DNA of 64,000 nt from Octopus vulgaris (taxonomy: Eukaryota). Shown piece after piece: positions 53,963 to 64,000 of this stretch (positions are counted from its first letter, which is position 1; each line of letters begins with the position of its first letter). The notes under the pieces were generated by a model. It had not been told where the DNA came from and did not search any database. It was given only the letters and a program-made list of their open reading frames with translations. Both the position numbers and the translations under genes were made by a program. The DNA is taken from positions 30,814,001-30,878,000 of the forward strand of contig OX597828.1 in assembly GCA_951406725.2 (NCBI GenBank), given 5' to 3'.

Positions 53963-54543
53963 TTAGTGGCTTGGAGTTTTAACTGCTCTTTCTAGTGAGT
54001 CAGATGTCCTATTATTGGTCATCTCTTATGTGTTTAAATGTACACTGTATTTTTCTTTGAATAATATATAGTCTACTGACTAAATTTTGGTTTCTCGCTA
54101 GACCACTGGTAACAAAGAGTTTTTCGATACATTTCTTTACTACCATAAGACGTTTAGTTAATGATAAAAGGTTTTTGGCTAATTTTGGAAGAAAATTTGC
54201 AATTTATTTACTGCCGGATAGTTCTGCATTTGCACGGAGGATTGGTAAAAATTATAACATATAGAGATACGAGACATGTTACTTATCGCTGAGTGTCTAT
54301 ACTGATCCCTGGTATCCTGCTGACGAAGTAACGCCAGATGTAAATTAAGATAATTTTATCTGAATTCATATAAGATTGCAGAAACTATGCATAGTCCAGG
54401 AAAAATTGTCTATGGGTTTTTATTTTTCATTCCCTTTCCGAATTGCAACTATTAGTGGATTGGAGATTTAACTGTTCTTTCTAGCGAGCCAGATGTCCTA
54501 TTATTGGTCATCGCTTATGTGTTTAAATGTACACTGTAATTTT
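53963..54543 (+). mobile_element. ORF-less hammerhead element with ~92-bp terminal direct repeats (retrozyme or solo-pLTR-like)
   Basis: Direct repeats 53963-54054 and 54452-54543 (period 489), internal hammerhead, inserted in (TA)n. Confidence 0.75.
54315..54401 (+). ncRNA. Type I hammerhead ribozyme (family G)
   Basis: TCCTG-CTGACGA-stem II-GAAA-CTATGCATAG-TC-CAGGA; perfect stem I and fully palindromic stem III; predicted cut after 54396. Confidence 0.8.
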
Positions 54544-54554
54544 TACATAAATAT

Positions 54555-54601
<47 letters not shown>

Positions 54602-54859
54602 AATATCTATGTATATATATATATATATTCATAAATTTTTAACAAGAGAAATGATTTAAAACGTCTATGCCATTAAAATCTCTGTCAGCAGGGTGCATTT
54701 GTTAAATGTCGAATATATGATTGTAAATATAAATGTAGTTGGTATGAACGTATTTACGTTTTTCACTGATTCAAATGCTCTACACAAGCATGTAGATTCT
54801 GACGTATAAATATATAAACTAGTGATACACACATAGATATATATATATATGTATATATA

Positions 54860-54891
<32 letters not shown>

Positions 54892-56497
54892 CATTATATA
54901 CATATATGTATGTGTGTATATGTTCATATTATATATATATACACATATATATATAAATGGATGTTTTATGTGCTAACCATTACAACAGTGGTCCTTTACA
55001 TACGATTGACAAAGTATTTTAAAGAATATTATCATGCTCGTTTAAAGAGTGACCGTCTAATCTCCAAGCAAGAAACGAGTTGATATAGAAAACGATGATA
55101 TTCATGTATGTACAATGCGTGTATTTGTAGGTAGGTAGAATAATGCAGCGTGAATATCGTATAAGGAGAACGAGAAATAAATTGCATAGATAAACGTTTT
55201 TACATATGCATTATAGCCATGCTGGAGAGTAAATGAATGGTTCCATATATGACCGATACACGGTTTCTTAATACCATTAGTGAATTAACAATTTCTCCTT
55301 TTACTTGCATTATATTTAATCAACAACTGAATACATGCACTGTAAAGGGAGGGGAAATATATTAAATTTAGAAAGTAGATTTCATGAAATTGATAAATAA
55401 ACTGAAATCCAGAGAAAGTAGTGTTCGTATTTTAGCAATCGCCTCCAAATATCACAATTACGTTACACGTTTATCACATGCACGATGGATACTAATTGAA
55501 CTAGGTACTAATTTTATTTGACATTTTTAGCATCAAGCCAAGTGTATTTGTTAGTTAACACCATATGGTTTTCAATATGGACGATAGTTATATTTCTTAA
55601 CAAATTGTAGTCTCTACAATAACTGAGTTTGTATGATTTAGGAAATCATATGTAAATAATGTACTAAACTAAAGCTGAATTCAATTAATAGGATGAACGA
55701 CATCAAGCATAATTCAATTACTTTCAAGTTATGTCGTTCCTCTAAAATAGATTCAAAGTGTAACAACGACATTTTGCTCAATAATTATATTTTGTAATTA
55801 CTAGTGTATTTTGTGAATTGATTAGGTGTCGCATGATTCACGCGTACTGAGACTGAAATTTTTGTTACTCTTTTGGACAGTTTTGCAGGTAATGGTAAAA
55901 TTTGCCAAACGTATTCAAACACTTGTTTGTGTATAAATAATACAGATTTTTGAATATTTGTATTCAATGATTTCCTTAAACAAGATTCTGCATGTTTATA
56001 CATTTCATTGCGTAACGATATACATTTATTTTGAATTTTCTTACCTAAAGCTATGCCAAGGTGTTTGGAATTTCGTTTCTTGTCCTCGGTTTCATCATCT
56101 TGTTAGTGCCTCCCTATGTTCATTTCCATAAATTACATATGGATCTGATTTGTGCTTTGGGTAAATGAAAATTATCATGGTCTCAACGAGACCAACAAGC
56201 TAGTGGGCCCCGTTGGTGTTTGACAATGAGCCCATAGTTACAGTAACAACTTCATGATTGATGACCCAGCAAAAGTCTAAGAATTTTCGAGCGCCAACAT
56301 TTTTAGCAATGCATAAGTTATTTTGCATGCTGGCCTCTAATATATTACACCCGTGAAGGAATAAATGTTTGAGATCTAGTTCTTAACCAGTTTATTTTGC
56401 TGTACCTTTTTCGTCACTTCACATAACTTGGCCTATGTATTTGTGTTAAATGTATGCATAGAATTGTTATCAGGGAGACATATCAAGGTACATATAA

Positions 56498-56710
56498 AAC
56501 GGGAAGCTTTATGAAAATAAACAAAAGACGAAGGCAGGTGGAATACAAACAAACAATTGTATTAGTATGGCGCTCAAGAATATAAATAAAACAAGTCTTT
56601 TACATTTCGAGCCTACGCTCTTCAACAGAGAGATACACAGAAAAGAATCACGGAGAGAAACAAGGAGAGAAGAAAAATGCGTGCAGAAGCTAGCGAATCA
56701 ACATGGCGAT
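56498..56710 (-). repeat. Dispersed hammerhead-bearing repeat, copy 2
   Basis: Matches 48362-48560. Confidence 0.9.
56596..56633 (-). ncRNA. Minimal hammerhead with A6U core variant (family F, second copy)
   Basis: TCTCT-CTGTTGA-A-GAGC(GTAG)GCTC-GAAA-TG-TA-AAAGA. Confidence 0.6.
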
Positions 56711-57737
56711 CTGTAAACCTCGGTTTTGTTCTACACCCGTAGTAAATATTAGATATAACATTCAATATGCAGAACAAATTGAATGATGCAGTCATATTTA
56801 TGATGCGTTTCCTAAACCAATCAGAGGAGCATTGCTGGAAAAGATTCGATTCGCTTATATTTCTACTTAGAGGTGATTTAACATCAAATAACATCAACAA
56901 CAATTTCATATAAAGGTAAAATAACGCATTATTCATGAAAACATTATGGAATCTGCGTGCATAAGAAAGCTATGCAATTTCCATTGAAAATACGCTACTC
57001 AAAGATTTCGGACTACATACAACCTGCAAAAGATCGTCTCGAAACATGACATATGATAGCTATTTCACACTTATGAACTCCATGACTCACAATCAGTATT
57101 ATAATATTCGCTGGCACTGAGTGAATGTTCGGTTCCTTATTAATCGTTACTGACACCAAATGAAGTTATCTTTGTGGTTTTTCTAAACGAAATATATTTT
57201 TGAAGTATAATTAACTTCCATCGCGCATACATAAATTTGATCTAGTCTCTACGTTACCTTTCGTTTTGAACTCAATCTAGATGGTTGACATTCTTCCATG
57301 GATACTTAAGATATACTTTTCTTTAGTACATCAGGAAGCGTATATCCGTATATTAAAATGGCATTAATGGTTTTATGGTCATTGAAATTACGGCAATTTG
57401 TTATGCTGTTGATATACATACAGGCTACATATATTTGTTGGAAAACTCCAATTACGAGTGAGTTTTTATCAAAACTTGTTCACATATAAAAGTTTGGTAA
57501 TACTGGTATAGAACTATTCGAACATAAACGTTCGTGTTCTATTCAAAACCACATATATTCTTTCTACTACTAGTTTTACTTAACGTATTTAACGTTCAAA
57601 AGATATTTGCTGTGTTTGTAATGAGGTGAGTATATACGATTTGTTTTCCTTTTGCATGTGTTGTATTTGATTTTGAATAGTTCCCATACAACTTTAGTGA
57701 AATAATTTATGTATACAATATCTAATAACACTATTTT

Positions 57738-57880
57738 TACTAGGCATTAGGCCTGGGGTTTGCGAGAGGGTGCTAGTTGATTACAGTACTTGACGTATAA
57801 GAGTATAAGGCAAAGTCGACCTCGATAGAATTTAAATGCCAAACATAAAGGTGGCTAAGTGTTTTGGCAGATGCACTAAA
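57738..57880 (-). mobile_element. Decayed SINE fragment (family of 38340-38575)
   Basis: AAGGCAAAGTCGACCTCG..AGAATTT motif. Confidence 0.5.
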
Positions 57881-57901
57881 TATATAATATCTAATAATGA
57901 A

Positions 57902-59093
57902 ACAGTTCTATATTTAAGAGATGAGGAATTATGAGCATTATTTACATACAACGGATATTTGTCTATTATTCGGCTGATATACCCGAATAATAGACAGAGA
58001 AGACCACTAGAAAATACGATATTTGCGAAATGTTGTATTGCTCTTGGTATTTCTTGGGGGAATTTCGAAACTGGGTTCTCATTCCTAAGGTATGATATTT
58101 TTTCTATCCTTCCTTAATACCGGTTCCCATATACTGCTCATATCTACACTCGTTCTACCTAGGAGGTTATTGTGTCCTTGCATATGTGCTGGTTCTTTTA
58201 GTTTTCCAGTGGTGTTCTCTGTCTATTATTTTAACTTTATCTCACAGGGGGAGGTGGTCTCGATTTTCCATACAAGATCAGCTTGACCTGATTTATCAAT
58301 ATCTTCTCGTATCACAGATTTGCGATGTTCGTCTACCCTTATTTTGAGGGTGTGGCATGTTTCCTACCACAGCTGCATGGGATGGAATACACGTAGTCTT
58401 TGGTTATATTCTCTTCTATTGGTGGTTTTAACCGAAGGAGATATTTGCAAAGTGTTGTATTACTCTTGACTACTGTCCTGATGTCATATGGGCCGCATTT
58501 CTTTTGTATTTCAGAGAGGCCATTCACATAGGGTAGACAGACTATGAACAGTTTATTGGCCTCATCCTCTTACGTCTTCATAATTGGAGTAGAGAGTATA
58601 CTTTTGAGTTAGTTGTTGCTTAACAGATCGTTATTGAGCTTGATCATTTCTTCGTGGTGTGTATCACGATCGCTACTCATATTCTTTGCAAGATGTTTTA
58701 GGCACGGAGCAATCTTACTCTTTACACTATATAGATGTTGATAATTACAGTTGAGATATCCTCCAGAAAAGTTTGTCTTGCGGTATACAGATATCCTGAA
58801 TCCATACTTGGTGCGTGTTATTAATACGTCCAGGAAAGCTAGCTGATTGTCTTTTTCATTTTCCATTGTGAACTGTATGGATGGCTTTATTGAGTTAACA
58901 TGATCTAACAGCACTTTGACATCTTCTTGGTGGGGCCAGTGTATAAAGGTGACATCAACATATTGTCGCCATAGTGTTGGTTTTAGTGGTGTTGATCCTC
59001 AAGCCAAATTCTCAAATTATTACCTGTATATATTGGCTATTACCTGTGATAATGGCGAACCAATAGCTAAACCCACCTAATAATAATAATAAT

Positions 59094-59173
<80 letters not shown>

Positions 59174-59328
59174 CAACATCGAAAATACATTAGGAATGAG
59201 AACCAAGTTTCGAAATTAATCCATGACTCCTGAAGATGGCTGGAGGGTATATCAGCCGAAATGATGGGTTACCAACAAAAAAGATGAGGACAAATATCCG
59301 TGGAATGTAAATAATGTAAATAATGTAA
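57902..59328 (-). mobile_element. 5'-truncated Penelope (Poseidon-like) retroelement with inverted terminal module, 13-bp TSD
   Basis: RT WRQYVDVTF...LLDHVNSIKPSIQFTMENEKDNQLAFLDVLI...VYRK, CLPYV, VYSIPCSCG GIY-YIG start (58095-59000); terminal module 57902-58092, inverted module 59178-59328; TSD ATCTAATAATGAA (57889-57901) / ATCTAATAACGAA (59329-59341). Confidence 0.92.
59225..59270 (+). ncRNA. Hammerhead motif (family A) with mutated cleavage site
   Basis: GACTC-CTGAAGA-T-GGCTGG(AGGGTATA)TCAGCC-GAAA-TG-AT-GGGTT. Confidence 0.55.
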
Positions 59329-60075
59329 ATCTAATAACGAAGATTAAACGAGTAATAATTTTTTATGATACACTGATAGTGTGGTGTAACAGACCGATTC
59401 ACTTGGTCTACTACATTAAATTATATGTTTTCCGATGAATAACGTCTTCAGAATGCCTACACTGAGGGTTTATATGCGATGATATAAAGTACACAAAAAA
59501 GAACAAATTGTCTTTTGCATTATTTTTCATATTATGTAGAACGTATTTATTTTACTCCTGTGTTGTATTGATTAGTTTTGTAATATATATATATTATTCA
59601 TTTTTCTAAGTGCGTATATTTTTATTCAGTCGAATATATATTTATGCATTCAGAATTTTGTTTGGCCTACTTTTGACATTCATTAATCCATTCCAAATAT
59701 ATTTTAATACTTTACATATAAATCGATTACGATTATATATTTTCCCTTCGATAGACTCTTCTGCTCTACTTTTATATTTACAAAAGATACCAACTAGAAA
59801 TATCCATGAATATTAATAACGGAATTCTTAACTGAATAAATAAAGTAGATTTTCGATTTCGTAAATTTAACTCAAATATTGATTGTAGTACATTTACATA
59901 AGATTTTTTAATATGTATGCAGAGAATTTTTAGCAGCCACATAAACTCCTCGCTGAGATGTGTACACAGTGGAATAATTACTAGTTTATCAATCAACATC
60001 ATATAAATAGTGGATAAACTTTAAACCGTCTGATATGAAATCTGATATGAAATTATTGAATATAATTCAATATAG

Positions 60076-60145
<70 letters not shown>

Positions 60146-60337
60146 TGAGTGTATTTTTCCCTTGTTAACAATTAACAAGGAAAAAATAGATAAATAGTTA
60201 CCAGGGTACCAAAAACTCACACAAGTAAGGAGGTTGTAACTCTGTTTTTAAAGGTAGAAACTTCGGGTATACGTGCACATATTTTGTAGAATATATAAGT
60301 AAGAAATGGAGTTTAACGCAGGTATAATTCAAATACT

Positions 60338-60428
60338 TTTACTTCCGACACATGTTTCGAATATTTCACTGATATTATTCCAAAGGAATAAATGGCGTAA
60401 AGCAATGTAATCTCATCAGGGAAGTGAA
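60338..60428 (-). ncRNA. Type I hammerhead ribozyme (related to family E)
   Basis: Minus strand ACTTCC-CTGATGA-GATTAC...TTATTCCTTTGGAATAA...ATATTC-GAAA-CATGTG-TC-GGAAGT; perfect 6-bp stem I. Confidence 0.8.
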
Positions 60429-60576
60429 GAAACGAAACTCGATAAGACATTTTAACAGAAAATGACGGATATGTACAGTGATTTACTGAACGGTATTAAT
60501 ATTCTTTCAAAAAACGTTATATAATATGTCATAATTTCCCTACAGAGAGAGGAGGTATATTTTTTAGTAATGTTAA

Positions 60577-60650
<74 letters not shown>

Positions 60651-60669
60651 TTTCGTAATGAATGCAAAA

Positions 60670-61036
60670 CCAAGGCAGTATAGGTTTTAGAACATTTATA
60701 AATAGAATGTTTTACTGTAGTTTCTAGGATATTTATTATAGCCTTTCATCGGAGACGATATGAGAATACGGTTAAGCAATAGTTAAGTTAGATAATATGC
60801 GAAATAGAGAATGAGGTAGGGGATTAAATATAAATGTGAGGTATGCAGGGATATTTCATATGTAGATCCATTTAAATCTCACTTTGAATTTCGTATATTA
60901 TCTAAATTAACTATTACTTCTCACACTCTCTTCTTACCATCTTCTCACACTCTCCGATGAAAGGATATAATAAATACCCTAGAAACAGCTGTAAGACCTT
61001 CTATTTATAAATGTTCTAAAATCTACAGTGCCTTGG
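60670..61036. repeat. Inverted repeat (60670-60815 / 60878-61036), each arm carrying a hammerhead-like motif with a CCGATGA core (family H)
   Basis: Plus 60951-60996 TCT-CCGATGA-AAGG..CCCTA-GAAA-CAGCTG-TA-AGA; minus 60709-60756 TCT-CCGATGA-AAGG..TCCTA-GAAA-CTACAG-TA-AAA. Confidence 0.8.
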
Positions 61037-61108
61037 ATTTTTTTATCTCTTTACGAAAATGAATTTATATACACACGCTGATATATGACATATGTGGGAC
61101 CCCTTAAT

Positions 61109-61165
<57 letters not shown>

Positions 61166-61891
61166 CTTTGGTAGGTTTCGGCTAGTATAGGCCCAGGGCA
61201 TGTCCAACTCAATAGCACTACCTGGTGAAGTCTTTTAGTCACATATGGGGCACCATGGCCCACGCTAGCAAAAAAGTTATTATTGTTGGAAATATATCCG
61301 GATGTAGGAAATTTATGGGATCCGTTTCCGTTTTGATTCTCGTAGCTGCTACATCTTCGTAATCTCATTTCTCAGGTCTCTATGTTTATCAAATTGTTCT
61401 CTTTCTTTCATGATAAAGAGAGATTGATAGAGAGAGAGACAGAGAGAAAGAGAGAGAGGAGGGAGATGGATAGATAGATCATAGATAGATGGATGTCTTT
61501 TAAAAGCTATGTATGCTTTGGTTACACTCACACACGCGTATATATGACATGTATTAATTAGAAGTGTGTCGTTATACATATGTTACTGAAATACATATCG
61601 TTATCATTGGCCACTTGCCACAGATCTAGTAAAATATATTATACTTTTAGTTCAATATGTTAAGCACACATCTTTAGCCGTGTATTTAACTTTTAAATAC
61701 TTGTATCTTGCAGTAAATGGATTCTATCAAATACTTATGCTTTCTATACAAATATATCATCATTGAGAAACGAATTTCTTTTAACATTGTTCTATTAAGC
61801 TGCATTTTTAGCAGCGAGTTATTGATATTAATTTTGAAAAACATTACCAGTTTCTTATGAAGCATTTATTTTATAATATTTTTAATATTTC

Positions 61892-62566
61892 AAGGTGGCG
61901 AGTTGGCTGAAGCGTTAGCACGCTGAGGGAAATGCTTCGCGGTATTTCGTCTACGTTACGTTGTGAGTTCAAATTCCGCCGAGGTCGACTTTGCCTTTCA
62001 TCCTTTCGGGGTCGATAAATTAAGTACCAGTTACGAACTGGGGTTGATGTAATCGACTTAATACCTATGTCTGTCCTTGTTTGTTGCCTCTGTGTTTAGC
62101 CCCTTGTGGGTAATAAAGAAATAGGTATTTCTTCTGTTTGCCGCCCTTATGAAGCATTTATTTTATAATATTTTTAATATTTCAAGGAGGCGAGCTGGCA
62201 GAAGCGGTAGCACGCCGGGCGAAATGCGTAGCCGTATTTCGTCTGCCGTTACGTTCTGAGTTCAAATTTCGCCGAGGTCGACTTTGCCTTTCATCCTTTC
62301 GGGGTCGATAAATTAAGTACCAGTTACGCACTGGGGTCGATAATCGACTTAATCCATTTGTCTGTCCTTGCTTGTCCCCTCTGTGTTTAGCCCCTTGTGG
62401 GTAATAAAGAAATAGGTATTTCTTCGGTTTTACCTTCTGAGTTCAAATGTTTCCTTTAATCTTTTCGACGTCGATAAATTAAGTAACAGCTACGTATTGG
62501 GTTCGCTATAATCGACTGGCCCTCTACCCAAAATTTCGGGCCTTGTGCCTAGAGTAGAAAAGAATA
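61892..62566 (+). mobile_element. Two tandem SINE copies (61892-62145, 62184-62566; family of 38340-38575)
   Basis: Each begins AAGG.GGCGAG.TGGC, with B box GAGTTCAAAT and the GCCTTTCATCCTTTCGGGGTCGATAAA block; the second carries an extra partial monomer tail. Confidence 0.9.
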
Positions 62567-63194
62567 TTTTATTAAGTATATGTGCATAATTCAAGAATAT
62601 TATAGAACGCTAAGATGACCGTATACATCTTTTGAATCAGTTTGATATTTGAATAATATAAACTGAACAAATGGAAATAAAGTTCAGACTTTTGAAGAAA
62701 TACACTAAAAAACTGTAGTATTTAGCAAAATATGCGTAAGTATTACTTACAGACCAAAACGATGATTGTAAAACAAATCGATAAATCAGTATAAGTATAT
62801 AGGCAAACAATTGCTGTTTGAAATTCAGTTTTTATGTACGAAAACTTAATTTCTTTGAAAATATTTACAAATTGCGTCTGGAAAATTTATTTGCAGTCTG
62901 AAGTGATGTACTGCTCTAAGAAGTAATATGATAGATATATGCCTGAAGATAATTCTATAAATTTATTCGCTAAAACGAATCGATGCTTAGAAGAAATTTC
63001 ACATCAATATACTAATCCAAAATCGATAATTAAAGAAAAATATATTTGATATAAACTTTGTATGGTTTCAAATATTCGTGATGATTGATTTTAAATTGAA
63101 ATTTATTTTTATATCGAAGAGGTAATCTGAGTTGGAAACAAACACTTTTCTCAACAAGACGTTTCATAAAAGATAATATTTTGTGGAGAATGTA

Positions 63195-63415
63195 CGGTGA
63201 CGAGCTGTCAGAATCGTTAAGACGCTAGGTAAACTGTTTAGCGCCAGTTTGACCGTCTTTACGGTCTGAGTTCAAATTCCACCGAGGTCGATATTCTCAA
63301 CCGAGGTCAATATTGCCTTTCGATATTGCAATAAATGAAACACCAGTTGAACATTAGGAGCCGTTGCTCACGCCTTTCCCTCGAAAATTCTGGCCCTGTA
63401 CCAAATTTTGAAATC
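63195..63415 (+). mobile_element. Decayed SINE copy (family of 38340-38575)
   Basis: GGTGACGAGCTGTCAGAATCGTTA...CTGAGTTCAAATTCCACCGAGGTCGA...AAAATTCTGGCCCTGTACC. Confidence 0.7.
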
Positions 63416-64000
63416 TATATATTGTTGAGAAAATGGTGCAAATAGATAAAGAAAAAAAGAAAGTCAGATGTTTCTGCCTCATACAAATAATTGAAGCAGC
63501 AGTGTTTGAATCCTCAGCGAAAAAACCAAAACTTGAAATCGTATAAAATATGTAGTATTTCATATTATAATTTCTCGAAAATAATGAGAAAACGAGTTGC
63601 AAATCATAGTTTTATTGTAAGGCATCTTATTCCCCATTTTCAAATGTTTGCTTCGGCTTCAATGACGGATGGTGCAATAATGGCAAGTATTCGACAACCA
63701 GTTCTAACAAGTATTACATGGACACGAGTGGAATTTCCTACCTTGAATCGGCAAATTTCTAAATTTTTAAGCGTAAATATTCACCATTGAATGGATTCTT
63801 AGTGTTTAATGCACGGTCGCAACTGATTTAATTGTTTAATATGATTATTAATAAAATATCGATGTTCAACTAGGGCACTTCATACATAACATAATTATAT
63901 TAAATGAAAATCTATTTACATCAATCATATTAGAACTGTGGAGAATGTAACACCTCAGTCAATAACTCAAGCAATCTTATCTAATAGTAATCTGTGTATT

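Overview
AT-rich, microsatellite-dense eukaryotic non-coding DNA. The SINE, LINE and microsatellite content is most consistent with an octopus (cephalopod) genome, which is an inference. I found no convincing host protein-coding gene, and most listed ORFs are simple-repeat read-throughs. The window is a mosaic of decayed transposons: three mariners, a Tc1-like remnant, R4/Dong and RTE LINE fragments, several tRNA-derived SINE families and at least five Penelope-like element (PLE) coding remnants. The main unannotated signal is about a dozen type I hammerhead-ribozyme (HHR) motifs from about eight sequence families, two of which repeat a non-canonical core (CUGUYGA or CCGAUGA). One HHR module is the terminal repeat (pLTR) of a Penelope element. 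It also occurs in an ORF-less, tRNA-headed SINE-like insertion bounded by a target-site duplication (TSD) and carrying the inverted terminal copy typical of Penelope, which makes it a candidate Penelope-dependent, ribozyme-bearing SINE system. All coordinates and folds were read by eye, so boundaries of decayed elements are approximate.
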